The position numbers and the translations under genes are program-made. Of a DNA stretch of 64,000 nucleotides, positions 1-8,938 are shown one piece after another. Source of the DNA: a virus; the IMG/VR virus record IMGVR_UViG_3300031707_000006, positions 1 through 64,000 of that record; one strand, given 5' to 3'. The notes under the pieces are model-generated. The model did no database searches. It had not been told where the DNA came from and saw nothing but the letters and a program-made list of their open reading frames with translations. The number at the start of each line of letters is the position of its first letter. Within the stretch, counting starts at the first letter, position 1.

Positions 1-245
1 GCGGACGAGTAAACTTACTTGGGCGAGGTAGTGAACGATAAAATTAACTGCCAGTTGCACGAATGGGGTGAAGAAATTTATGATTATCATTTTTGCTTTT
101 CCTCTCTTTTTTTGGATTCTAAATCTGAATTATGCTTGTCATACTTAAGCATTAATTTTTCGAATTCCTCTTGTTGTTTAAGCAGATGTAGATACATTCT
201 CTCTAACGATTTTGGTACAGGGTTATAAACTTCTGTTTTTTCCAT
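1..245 (-). CDS. Hypothetical protein, runs off the window start (MEKTEVYNPVPK...)
   Basis: ATG at 245 preceded by a GAGGA RBS; frame open to position 1; absent from the ORF track because it is partial. Confidence 0.6.
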
Positions 246-344
246 GTTATCCTCTTTTCTTGTCTTTATTGTAGCAGAGTTTATACCCTATGCGCTAAAC
301 AGTTTAGCAAGGTGTATTAAGATTGCATTCTCTACCTATTAAAT

Positions 345-385
345 AAAAAATACTCATATCCTAAAAAACAGGATATGAGTATTTT
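345..385 (-). terminator. Intrinsic terminator
   Basis: Stem TACTCATATCCT/AGGATATGAGTA with a T-tract on the minus strand, just after the 400..702 stop. Confidence 0.75.
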
Positions 386-399
386 CGTTTCATCCGACA

Positions 400-702
400 T
401 TAGGCCATTGTCAGATGTAATTCACCCTCGCCGTCATCGCGAGGCCGTTTGCCGATCCCAAGCATGGCAGGCAGGTACTCGGTAGTCGTCATGCTAGTGA
501 CGTTGAATTTTACACCGACTTTCTTGGAGAGGGCGACCTTTAAACTCTCCACTTTCGGCTTTTCCTCTTTGGTGAGTAATTTCGGGGTCTTGAGCGCTTT
601 TACGATCAATTTCGCCTCTCGACTACCAAACGTATCACCAAATGGAAAGTTCTTAATCTCGATACTTTCGCCAGACCCAATTTCGAACGTTTTATCTACC
701 AT
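400..702 (-). CDS. Hypothetical protein
   Basis: 100-aa ORF with AGAGGA RBS, followed by a terminator. Confidence 0.7.
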   Translation of the reverse strand: MVDKTFEIGSGESIEIKNFPFGDTFGSREAKLIVKALKTPKLLTKEEKPKVESLKVALSKKVGVKFNVTSMTTTEYLPAMLGIGKRPRDDGEGELHLTMA

Positions 703-788
703 AATATCCTCTTTTCTTTTTGATTAATCTCACCGTGAGGGTGAGTTTACTTGTTAATCCATATAGGTATCATCGGGTAACATATCTC

Positions 789-1418
789 TTACATTTGTTT
801 TTTACCCGTATCGGATACCCGTTTATCCATATAATCTTTAATCCTGCTTCTAATTACTTTAAGATTATCGGTTGTAATCCCCATGATTTTAGCTACCTCT
901 TTATTATCATCCGTTAAGGTTTTAAGGTAGACAATCCGGCTATACGTTTCTGCCATCTTTAATAACCGCTTGTTTGTTGTATCCTTAGAGATGTTAAAAT
1001 AGACTAACATACGTTCTAAAATGTCCGAATATTCAATTTTTTTGGTCTCGTTAAAATCATCCTCTACTACATAACTACTCAATTCCGTATCTATGTCTAT
1101 CCCACCACTAGTATTAACTATCACGGTATAGATAATTCTACTCAGATACCGTGATAATTTTATAATCGCTAAACCGTCAATAGAATCAACGTCAATATTA
1201 TGATCTAAGATGTAGATTATAGAATCATGTATTAAACCCGTTCTATCATCCTGATCTAAAACCAGGCCATTAAACTTGCGTAGACTGATCTTTATAGCCG
1301 TATTAATCGCCTTACCAAACACTCTAAACATATAAGATGATTCTACAGATTCTATGTCTGGTATAAGATTTAATTTTCTTACCTTGCGCTTTCTAGTCTC
1401 TAATTGTTTAGTATTCAT
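789..1418 (-). CDS. Putative sigma-factor-like / C-terminal HTH regulator
   Basis: 209 aa; C-terminal DNKEVAKIMGITTDNLKVIRSRIK resembles a sigma region-4/LuxR HTH; GAGGTG RBS. Confidence 0.5.
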   Translation of the reverse strand: MNTKQLETRKRKVRKLNLIPDIESVESSYMFRVFGKAINTAIKISLRKFNGLVLDQDDRTGLIHDSIIYILDHNIDVDSIDGLAIIKLSRYLSRIIYTVIVNTSGGIDIDTELSSYVVEDDFNETKKIEYSDILERMLVYFNISKDTTNKRLLKMAETYSRIVYLKTLTDDNKEVAKIMGITTDNLKVIRSRIKDYMDKRVSDTGKKQM

Positions 1419-1743
1419 CTTATCACCTCAAAAATAGTATACGCTTCCGTGAAGGCAAGTTTAAATGTAGTGATTTTGTGAGTCAAGGTTAAAATGAGAT
1501 TTATTAAAATACTCTAATCTCACCCCTCCCATGCTATGTATATGAAGCAAGCCTACAGCGTATCTATACGCAACATATAGACAGTTATCTATGGGGTTCA
1601 GCCGAATTACCACACGATCTTTACTTAGTGTATGTTTGACACTATATGCTGGCCCCATAGTTATGTTACCCCTCTCACCCTATGATCCTTAGAGGCAATA
1701 AATAATGTCAATTCCTCTATTAAAACATTTAATATTCAACTCT

Positions 1744-1860
1744 ACCAGACTCAGATTTAATGAGTCTGGTTTAAACCGTTTAACCCTATCCCGCTGTACA
1801 CTGGATTTTAATCTTTTAACATTTTAAGATTAGGATTTAAGTGTACGGCGGGATTTTTTA
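1744..1860. repeat. Two inverted repeats in the divergent intergenic region
   Basis: ACCAGACTCA/TGAGTCTGGT (1744-1770) and ATCCCGCTGTACACT/AGTGTACGGCGGGAT (1788-1854), the latter followed by a T-run. Confidence 0.75.
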
Positions 1861-1874
1861 TTTTAATTTCGCAT

Positions 1875-1908
1875 CTGTAAACGGAATTAAAGATTCAATC
1901 AGAAAATT
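1875..1908 (+). promoter_or_regulatory. Repeated motif copy 1 (CWGTAAAY-GRA-N6/7-ATTYAWTCARAAAATT)
   Basis: Four copies (1875, 2658, 3859, 53485), each just upstream of an RBS. Confidence 0.55.
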
Positions 1909-1920
1909 CGGAGGATTAAA

Positions 1921-2301
1921 ATGACAGACAAATTGGAATACATTATCGTTGAAGATATTAATATGATTGTCTGTTCTGTTTGTGGCAAACGTGCAATTAA
2001 ATCAGCACGTAATATGAGATATATTAGTGAGACTACTTTTGAGTTACATTCGTATGGTAATTTATATCTATGTGAATCTCATTGGTATAAATTAACCAAT
2101 TGGTTAAAGAAAAGTAATTTAACCTATCGGGCAACATTAAATGATGGCACTGCTAAACTAGGTTTAAAATCCCTGCATAGTACATCATTAATGAGTCCAA
2201 TAATCCCACATTCTAAAAGTGTATGGAAAAAAGAAACAAGAAATTTAAAGAATGAAATTAATGCAAGTCTCATTAATTTTGAATTAGCAGAAGATAAATA
2301 A
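1921..2301 (+). CDS. Hypothetical Zn-binding protein
   Basis: CSVC and CESH motifs; GGAGG RBS. Confidence 0.65.
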   Translation: MTDKLEYIIVEDINMIVCSVCGKRAIKSARNMRYISETTFELHSYGNLYLCESHWYKLTNWLKKSNLTYRATLNDGTAKLGLKSLHSTSLMSPIIPHSKSVWKKETRNLKNEINASLINFELAEDK

Positions 2302-2332
2302 GAATATTAAAAGAGAGGAGATTTAAATTAAA

Positions 2333-2596
2333 ATGGAAAAATTAACTCTGGTAAAAGATCCAAACATTAAAATAACTGGAATGGCAGATGAATTTAATCA
2401 TCCAAGATTGACAGAATTGCTTAAATTATTACATAGAGAACACGCATTTGTTTCTGCTGAAACTTGGTTTTTAGATCTACTTATAAGTGATAAAATATTT
2501 ATTCAAGTAGAACAAACATTTGGGGTACTTCCAGAAGACGAGATGTCATTTGCAATGTTTTTCTTACTTGTGGATAAATTAATCAATGTTCAATAA
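2333..2596 (+). CDS. Hypothetical protein
   Basis: ORF with GAGGAG RBS. Confidence 0.65.
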   Translation: MEKLTLVKDPNIKITGMADEFNHPRLTELLKLLHREHAFVSAETWFLDLLISDKIFIQVEQTFGVLPEDEMSFAMFFLLVDKLINVQ

Positions 2597-2600
2597 ATTA

Positions 2601-2654
2601 AAATTAATAAAATACTATCCATCCAGAAATGGATGGATATTTTTTTGTTAATTT
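2601..2654 (+). promoter_or_regulatory. Long stem-loop with internal loop (processing-site family, or terminator)
   Basis: Lower stem AAATTAATAAAA/TTTTGTTAATTT, upper stem TATCCATCCA-GAAA-TGGATGGATA. Confidence 0.55.
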
Positions 2655-2657
2655 AAG

Positions 2658-2691
2658 CAGTAAATGGAAATTAAGATTCAATCAAAAAATT
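2658..2691 (+). promoter_or_regulatory. Repeated motif copy 2
   Basis: CAGTAAATGGAAATTAAGATTCAATCAAAAAATT. Confidence 0.55.
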
Positions 2692-2711
2692 CTAAAAGAA
2701 AAGAGGTTAAT

Positions 2712-3443
2712 ATGTATAAATTTACAGAGGATGATGCAGAAATATATATAAGAATAAAAAAGAATATTCGTATGGTAAGTTCAAAAGGTTTCCATTATTC
2801 AAGAATAATGGTAGATCTTATAACAAAGGTAACAAAGGTTTTTCCAGCAAAATTTTTAATTTTAGGTAGTGGAATTGGGTGGCAAACAGCCTATCTTTCT
2901 TTAAATTTACAGTTACTTGATCCATTTAAAGATTTGGATTATGAAATTTATTCTGTAGATTCTAGTTTAGAAATGATTGCCAGAACACCAAAACACATTG
3001 TGAATAACCCAAAAATACATATTATCCATAAAACTGCAACCGCATTTATAAGGGGAAATGGTGATGAATTTGGTGCAATTATCTACGATATGTATAAAAC
3101 TACAGAAAAAATTGTCAGATTAAGAGATGATCTTCTTAATAAAATGAATAAATCCACACACTATCTGATTTTAAATATCATCACCCCCGAAGATTTTGCA
3201 TGGATTCTCTCTAAAAAACTAAAAAGATTTGTTTGTATTTCTGGCGAAACTTTTGGGCCGTATTCAGGGGAAATTAAAAAGAAAATAGCGTGGGGAGGTA
3301 ATAAAGTAGTTACATTTTCAGATCAAGATTTATTTGCCCTCTTACCGAGTAGAGAAAATACGATTATTGATCAGGAAAAACAATTATTAAGAACCACAGA
3401 TGGGGAATTTCTTCCTCTGAATATCTGTGAATTAACGCACTAA
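2712..3443 (+). CDS. SAM-dependent methyltransferase, spermidine-synthase-like fold
   Basis: LILGSGIG motif I, VD at the end of strand 2, IIYDMY; start placed at ATG 2712 after a GAGG RBS. Confidence 0.55.
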   Translation: MYKFTEDDAEIYIRIKKNIRMVSSKGFHYSRIMVDLITKVTKVFPAKFLILGSGIGWQTAYLSLNLQLLDPFKDLDYEIYSVDSSLEMIARTPKHIVNNPKIHIIHKTATAFIRGNGDEFGAIIYDMYKTTEKIVRLRDDLLNKMNKSTHYLILNIITPEDFAWILSKKLKRFVCISGETFGPYSGEIKKKIAWGGNKVVTFSDQDLFALLPSRENTIIDQEKQLLRTTDGEFLPLNICELTH

Positions 3444-3462
3444 TAAGAAAGGAGAATAAAAA

Positions 3463-3801
3463 ATGTCTAGGAATCTTTGTTGTCAAACTTGTGTTTATTG
3501 TGGAGATGAACCAAAATTAGTTGAATCTCCTCATGAATTAACTAAACAAGAAGCACATATATATTTTCAAGAATTTGAGGGAATGATTGTAGCAGAATCT
3601 ATTTGTCCTTCTTGTGAAGCTGAATATTTAGCTTGGATTGATGAATCTAAAAGAAAAATATATCCAAGAACAAAAGCATACCCATTAATTGAGGATTTGA
3701 GTTTTTATTCCTCATTTAATGATGAACCGGGTGATAATGATCTTCCCAAATGGGAAGTACAAACAATTATTACTCGAATTAGAATCTGTAAAAAGAGTTA
3801 A
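3463..3801 (+). CDS. Hypothetical Zn-finger protein
   Basis: CVYC and CPSC; AGGAG RBS. Confidence 0.65.
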   Translation: MSRNLCCQTCVYCGDEPKLVESPHELTKQEAHIYFQEFEGMIVAESICPSCEAEYLAWIDESKRKIYPRTKAYPLIEDLSFYSSFNDEPGDNDLPKWEVQTIITRIRICKKS

Positions 3802-3854
3802 AGATAAATATTCTGCTATCAATTGAAAGATTGATAGCAGTAATTTGTTTTTAA
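3798..3854 (+). promoter_or_regulatory. Long stem-loop with asymmetric internal loop (RNase III-like site)
   Basis: TTAAAGATAAAT-att-CTGCTATCAAT...ATTGATAGCAG-ta-ATTTGTTTTTAA. Confidence 0.6.
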
Positions 3855-3858
3855 TTTT

Positions 3859-3891
3859 CTGTAAACGAACCCATAATTCATTCAGAAAATT
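3859..3891 (+). promoter_or_regulatory. Repeated motif copy 3
   Basis: CTGTAAACGAACCCATAATTCATTCAGAAAATT. Confidence 0.55.
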
Positions 3892-3925
3892 TAGAATCTA
3901 ATAAAGAAAGGAGAATATAAAAAAA

Positions 3926-4084
3926 ATGAAGAATAAATTTAATGGAGTTCTAGCAATCCTATTAGCAGTTACTTTCTTTACTGTTTTAGTGGGAATACTT
4001 GCTGGAATAAAAGCTGTATGTAGTATAATAGCTCTTGCCGTTATCATTGCTTTAATGATTTACGGTCTAGAACAGATAGGATAA
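3926..4084 (+). CDS. Small two-TM membrane protein (52 aa)
   Basis: AAGGAG RBS; MKNKFNGVLAILLAVTFFTVLVGILAGIKAVCSNIALAVIIALMIYGLEQIG. Confidence 0.65.
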   Translation: MKNKFNGVLAILLAVTFFTVLVGILAGIKAVCSIIALAVIIALMIYGLEQIG

Positions 4085-4119
4085 TAATAAATAAGAATTT
4101 TATAAGAAAGGAAAATAAA

Positions 4120-4245
4120 ATGCCAATAACACAAGAAATTACAGGAATTGTAGCATTAATAAGTGTATGCTCAATACTATACTTTGCCATAATTTGTTTT
4201 GGTAAAGGTTTTTATGATAGAGTTGGGCATTCAAGAAAGGGATAA
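4120..4245 (+). CDS. Small single-TM protein (41 aa)
   Basis: AAGGA RBS; hydrophobic core GIVALISVCSILYFAIICF. Confidence 0.6.
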   Translation: MPITQEITGIVALISVCSILYFAIICFGKGFYDRVGHSRKG

Positions 4246-4251
4246 GAGCCA

Positions 4252-4347
4252 ATGTATAAAATAATTATAAGATATTTTTCCCTAACTTTATTTACAATAA
4301 GTATGGGATTTATTGGTGGATTCGTAATCGCGTACCTAACCAAATAA
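4252..4347 (+). CDS. Small single-TM protein (31 aa)
   Basis: MYKIIIRYFSLTLFTISMGFIGGFVIAYLTK, tightly packed in the operon. Confidence 0.5.
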   Translation: MYKIIIRYFSLTLFTISMGFIGGFVIAYLTK

Positions 4348-4484
4348 AAGGAAATTTAAAATGAAATACTCTTTCAATAATATCTCTAAACATCAAGCTT
4401 CAAAAAAGAAATATAATTTCAAGAAAGTTAAACGGAATCGTGAGATCAGCAGCGAATCTAAGAAAAAGAATCGAGGAAAATAAG

Positions 4485-4817
4485 ATGTTTAATTTTTTAA
4501 ATATGATGGGTAATTATGAAGATCGAGAAGTAGCCAATTATGCTGATGGCACTTTATTTGTGGATACTGCTGAGGTTAATGATGGGAATAAACCTTATGA
4601 AACAGCAGTATCACATCCTGATTATAATAACAATAAAATGGTTATTGTACAATCCTATGATACAATTGAAGAAGCAAAAGAAGGTCATGATCATTGGGTT
4701 GATTTAATGAAAAATAATCCACCAGAATATTTAAGAGATTGTGCAAATGCAGGTGTCGCACAACTATTAGAAATTATGTCAGAAGATGCAATGATCTTTC
4801 TAAGAAAAGTAAAATAA
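4485..4817 (+). CDS. Hypothetical phage protein
   Basis: YETAV...EEAKEGH pattern; start moved to the ATG after GAGGA. Confidence 0.65.
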   Translation: MFNFLNMMGNYEDREVANYADGTLFVDTAEVNDGNKPYETAVSHPDYNNNKMVIVQSYDTIEEAKEGHDHWVDLMKNNPPEYLRDCANAGVAQLLEIMSEDAMIFLRKVK

Positions 4818-4944
4818 TAAAAATCCTACTATTAACTGGCTATAAAACCTTAATAGTAGGTTGGATACTCACGAGAATGAAAAAGATAACCAATTCTTTC
4901 AAGAGTATATGGTAAAGAATTTAATAAAGAAAGGATAAAATAAA

Positions 4945-5277
4945 ATGTTTAATCCAGATGAAGCATCTACCTATGATGTATTCTTACACATCGCAACAGA
5001 TTGTATACGAGAATCAAATGAGTATAGGACTAGAATTAGCAATGCTACTCATAAAATTAATAATATCAGTGAAATGATTGATATTAAACTCTCATTGATC
5101 AGTAAAGAGTTAGATAAAGTAAGCATATGGAACCCCTGGAAATTTAAACAATTGTTAAGGGAATTTGATCTTTTACAGGCTTGGGCAAAATTCTTATTCG
5201 ACTTACAAGATACATATGGAGAAAATAAAGTTACGTTTTCTCAAGATTATTATTTTCAACCTATTACTGGAATTTAA
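4945..5277 (+). CDS. Hypothetical protein
   Basis: ORF with RBS; its C-terminus is shared with 5714..6199. Confidence 0.65.
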   Translation: MFNPDEASTYDVFLHIATDCIRESNEYRTRISNATHKINNISEMIDIKLSLISKELDKVSIWNPWKFKQLLREFDLLQAWAKFLFDLQDTYGENKVTFSQDYYFQPITGI

Positions 5278-6146
5278 TAGAAAGGAGGAATACTTCTAAT
5301 ATGTCTATGATGGAAGAAACAATTAATGAATTCTTTGAAGATCCAGTCCCCAAATTAATTAAGTGGGGATTAACTATTATTGTAGCTGTAATTGCAATTC
5401 AACTATGTTTACATGCATTAAACCACAAAAATGGTACAGAAGTAATAGAATGTTTGGGGAATACCCCCCAACAACAATGGGAAAAGATTGTTCAAAATCC
5501 TTTTACTGGAAAAACAGATAAACATGTTTATTGTATTTATCTAACAAATTCGGGAAAGTATGGGATTTTTGAATACGTACAAAATGATTTTCTTTCTAAA
5601 CTTTGTGGTGAATCTGCAATTTGCAGACAGGTTACTGCAATGGTAAAAGAGAAAATGAAAAATATTAATCAAGTAGAAAATTATTTAAGAAATGGAGGAG
5701 CGTTTAGAGTAAAATGATTAAGTTAAAAGATGTTAAATTGGAAATGTTTCCATATCCTGTAAGAGAGATTGTTAGAGGAACTTTAGAAAATGATTTAGAA
5801 AGGATTGATAATACTTGGGAATGTTATACATTCCATAATAAAACTATTGCTGCATTTGATTTTTTAGAGGAAGTATTTAGTGCAGAATATATCCTTTCAC
5901 CCAACTCTCTTGATACTATAAGAACTGGTTTAGAAATCTGGTTAAAAGAACATCAAGACTATTTAAATTGTGATGGTATAGAAAAACTATTAGATGAAGA
6001 AATAGGAGAAAAAATGATTGTTATTAAAGATAAAAAAGGTTATGATATTCACATCGAAACATTTGAAATTGAACCAGCATTAATTATTGTTTTTGATGGA
6101 GAAAATAAAGTTACGTTTTCTCAAGATTATTATTTTCAACCTATTA
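5216..6146 (+). repeat. 51-bp exact direct repeat (5216-5266 and 6096-6146)
   Basis: ATGGAGAAAATAAAGTTACGTTTTCTCAAGATTATTATTTTCAACCTATTA occurs twice. Confidence 0.9.
5301..5717 (+). CDS. Membrane-anchored hypothetical protein
   Basis: N-terminal TM segment WGLTIIVAVIAIQLCL; AGGAGG RBS. Confidence 0.7.
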   Translation: MSMMEETINEFFEDPVPKLIKWGLTIIVAVIAIQLCLHALNHKNGTEVIECLGNTPQQQWEKIVQNPFTGKTDKHVYCIYLTNSGKYGIFEYVQNDFLSKLCGESAICRQVTAMVKEKMKNINQVENYLRNGGAFRVK

Positions 6147-6199
6147 ATAGTTTAATTGAAGACTTTGAAAAGACAATAGCCTATAAGGATAGTCTATAA
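5714..6199 (+). CDS. Hypothetical protein
   Basis: ATGA overlap with the upstream gene. Confidence 0.65.
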   Translation: MIKLKDVKLEMFPYPVREIVRGTLENDLERIDNTWECYTFHNKTIAAFDFLEEVFSAEYILSPNSLDTIRTGLEIWLKEHQDYLNCDGIEKLLDEEIGEKMIVIKDKKGYDIHIETFEIEPALIIVFDGENKVTFSQDYYFQPINSLIEDFEKTIAYKDSL

Positions 6200-6251
6200 A
6201 TACACTGCCCATAATTAAACAAAAATTATGGGCAGTAATTTGTAGATTATC
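6188..6251 (+). promoter_or_regulatory. Long stem-loop with asymmetric internal loop (RNase III-like site)
   Basis: GATAGTCTATAAAT-ac-ACTGCCCATAATT...AATTATGGGCAGT-a-ATTTGTAGATTATC. Confidence 0.65.
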
Positions 6252-6287
6252 GATCTACAATAATAAATTTTATCTGAAAGGAAAATA

Positions 6288-7340
6288 ATGGATATTAATC
6301 TTTTGAGAGAGTTATGTTTAGGGGATGTATGGGAAACAGTAGATATTGTAGAAAAAATAACTGGAGGAAAATATGATAATACTCTAGGTTATTTCTATCA
6401 AGATAATGGTTCCAGTATTTTAGCTGTTGCTCATATGGATACAGTTATGGAAGCTAATTTAAAATGGGCAAAGTTCTATAAAAATACTAAATCATTAAAA
6501 TTAAATTTTAAGTTAAAAAAAGATAACGTAACTTGTATTAATTTAGACGACAGATTGGGGGTATTTGTAATTCTATCCATGTTAAAAGAAAGGGGGATTG
6601 TCCCGGATTATTTATTTACAATTGATGAAGAATCTTGTGCAAGTACCGCAGAAAATTTTACCACAAAAAAGAAATATAATTGGGTATTTGAATTTGATCG
6701 TAAGGGGGAACAAGTAGTTTTATATCACTATGAAGATGAGGCAACAAAAGAGTTATTAATTTCTTCTGGATATAAAATAGAACAAGGTACGTTCTCAGAT
6801 ATTTCTTTGTTAGAATTAGATGTAAAATGTTTTAATTTTGGAGTGGGGTTTCATTTTGAGCATACAGAGAAATGTACTGCAAGTTTAAAAACGGTAAGAA
6901 AAATTGTGGATAGATTTGAAAGATTTTACATTGAATATAAAGATATTAATCTACCTCACGATTCTACAAAAAAGGATTATTATTATTCTGGTTACGGTGA
7001 AGATTACTATTATGCAAATTCAGATTATATTAATGATCGAGGGTGGGCTATAAAAAATGATTTATCCAAAGGTAAAGTTTTTTGTAAATGTTGTGGGCTG
7101 ACAACTTTAAAGTTAGAATTCTATGAAGGTGTATGTTTTAGTTGTGCAGATTTCTTTCAATGGGATGAGTTTAAAATTAGAGAGTTTATTAAAGGTATGG
7201 AGTATTTAAAAGAAGATGAAATTATTGTTTGTATTCACTGTGGAAAACCAATAATAGATGTAGAAGATGAAGATTTATTAGAAAAAGAGATATGTTTATC
7301 CTGTTTTAATCAATTCTATACAGATTATAATGAGAAATAA
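6288..7340 (+). CDS. M28/M20-family zinc peptidase with C-terminal Zn fingers
   Basis: AHMDTV, LDDRLG, DEE, EFDRKG, FSDI and EHT metal-ligand pattern; CxxC pairs. Confidence 0.75.
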   Translation: MDINLLRELCLGDVWETVDIVEKITGGKYDNTLGYFYQDNGSSILAVAHMDTVMEANLKWAKFYKNTKSLKLNFKLKKDNVTCINLDDRLGVFVILSMLKERGIVPDYLFTIDEESCASTAENFTTKKKYNWVFEFDRKGEQVVLYHYEDEATKELLISSGYKIEQGTFSDISLLELDVKCFNFGVGFHFEHTEKCTASLKTVRKIVDRFERFYIEYKDINLPHDSTKKDYYYSGYGEDYYYANSDYINDRGWAIKNDLSKGKVFCKCCGLTTLKLEFYEGVCFSCADFFQWDEFKIREFIKGMEYLKEDEIIVCIHCGKPIIDVEDEDLLEKEICLSCFNQFYTDYNEK

Positions 7341-7342
7341 GC

Positions 7343-7594
7343 ATGAATTCTAAAAAGCAGAATCAAAAAACACATGCTAAAAGACGGGCCTTAGAAAGGC
7401 TTGAGTTAAACTTAACCAATGAGGATTTATTCCACATTGGTTCTAAAATAAAAAAAGGAGAATCTAATTTTATAAGAAAAATATCTAATCGTTTAACAGT
7501 ACACGAAGTAGAATATAATAGTCAAACATTAAAAGTCGTGTATGATACTACACGGCATCAAGTTATAACGTTCTTAAAAAAGGAGATGAAATAA
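7343..7594 (+). CDS. Small basic protein (DUF4258/RelE-like fold possible)
   Basis: THAKRRALER N-terminus and VVYD...VITF C-terminus. Confidence 0.5.
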   Translation: MNSKKQNQKTHAKRRALERLELNLTNEDLFHIGSKIKKGESNFIRKISNRLTVHEVEYNSQTLKVVYDTTRHQVITFLKKEMK

Positions 7595-7595
7595 A

Positions 7596-8636
7596 ATGCC
7601 AGCAAATATTTCAACATTTACAAATGAAGATAACGAAGTTTTAGTTAACTTTGTTAGTAGAGATAAACCAGCATGGTGGGGTGCTGGAATTAAAACATAT
7701 GATCTTAATGATAATGTAGATTTAGTACAAGCTACAAAAGATTCTTATTGTAACTATGATTGTACGTTAGAAAGATTAACTGTAGAAATTGATGGATTAA
7801 AGTATGAGATTCCTGATCGTTTAGCGGTTTATCGTCAACCAATTATAGAAGTTGAATCATGCGCACCAAGATATTTAGGGATTGTTTCTTTAGATTATTC
7901 ATTAATTCAAAATCTAGAATTCGCAGAGATTTTTAATGAAGTTTCTAAAAAGTTTCCTGTAGAAACAGTAGGTAGTTTAGGAAATGGAGAAAAAACCTTT
8001 TGGTGTATGAATGGTGGTGAATGGGAAATTACTGCTAAAAATGGTAAGAAACAATTAGTAAAAACATATTTTAATGCAGTAGATGATAAAATTGCTAGAC
8101 AAGAATCAAAGATAATGATTACACCTGTTTTAATTGTTTGTCAAAATACAGAACAATTAGCCACAAATCAAGCAAATGTTTTAGTTGGTGTTTTTCACCG
8201 TAAAGGTAATAAAGAGAAATTGGAAGCAATTCGAGATTTAATTCTTGAAATGCAAAATAAACAAGAAACTATCCAATCTATCTTTAATAACATGGCAATT
8301 ACTTCCATGACGCCAGAAGAATTTTCAGAAGGAGTTTTAAATAAACTATATCCCAATAAAATAGAAGAAGAAACAGAAGTATTTGAACAAGGGATTTTAA
8401 TTAATCCCCCACTTAATACTGCTCCAAGTAGAGATCATTTAGCAGTATTAAGTTTATTTGGTCAATTGAATGATGAAAGAATGGCATTTGCGAACACAAG
8501 TTGGAATGCCTATAATTCAATTACAGAATATGAAGATTGGATTCGGCCTAATAAAGGTAAATTTAGTCCCGCAAATACATTATTTGGTAAACGTGCAGAT
8601 ACAAAATCAAAAGGTTTTTCTTTAATAGTAAAATAA
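7596..8636 (+). CDS. DUF932-family phage/plasmid protein
   Basis: LGIVSLDYSLIQN, ETVGSLGNGEK, VCQNT, WNAYNSITEY. Confidence 0.8.
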   Translation: MPANISTFTNEDNEVLVNFVSRDKPAWWGAGIKTYDLNDNVDLVQATKDSYCNYDCTLERLTVEIDGLKYEIPDRLAVYRQPIIEVESCAPRYLGIVSLDYSLIQNLEFAEIFNEVSKKFPVETVGSLGNGEKTFWCMNGGEWEITAKNGKKQLVKTYFNAVDDKIARQESKIMITPVLIVCQNTEQLATNQANVLVGVFHRKGNKEKLEAIRDLILEMQNKQETIQSIFNNMAITSMTPEEFSEGVLNKLYPNKIEEETEVFEQGILINPPLNTAPSRDHLAVLSLFGQLNDERMAFANTSWNAYNSITEYEDWIRPNKGKFSPANTLFGKRADTKSKGFSLIVK

Positions 8637-8694
8637 ATGATCAATACCCTGCCAGTTAGTTTAATAATTAACTGGCAGTAGTTGGTTCTTTATT
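8632..8694 (+). promoter_or_regulatory. Long stem-loop with asymmetric internal loop (RNase III-like site)
   Basis: AATAAAtGATCAAT-acc-CTGCCAGTTAGTT...AATTAACTGGCAG-ta-GTTGGTTcTTTATT. Confidence 0.6.
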
Positions 8695-8938
8695 CTATTG
8701 AAAGGAAAATAAATAGTGACTATCCCATTTGAACCAGAAAAACTATTAAAAATCAAAAGTATTAAATTAGAAACATCAAGAGGAGAAACTATAGAATTAC
8801 AATATCACCAATTAAAATTAAAAATTACTCAAAATGGTTTATGTTTTACTTATGAAGAAAGTTTTATGCCTCTATGTAGAGGTGATAATTTATTAAACCT
8901 TTTTAAGAAGGTAAGGAAGAATAAAAAGTGAGGAAAAT

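Noticed and set aside
4825-4907. Tandem hairpins as another member of the processing-stem family
   Set aside because: They lack the CTG/CAG-UA core and the lower stem; probably a separate terminator or stability element
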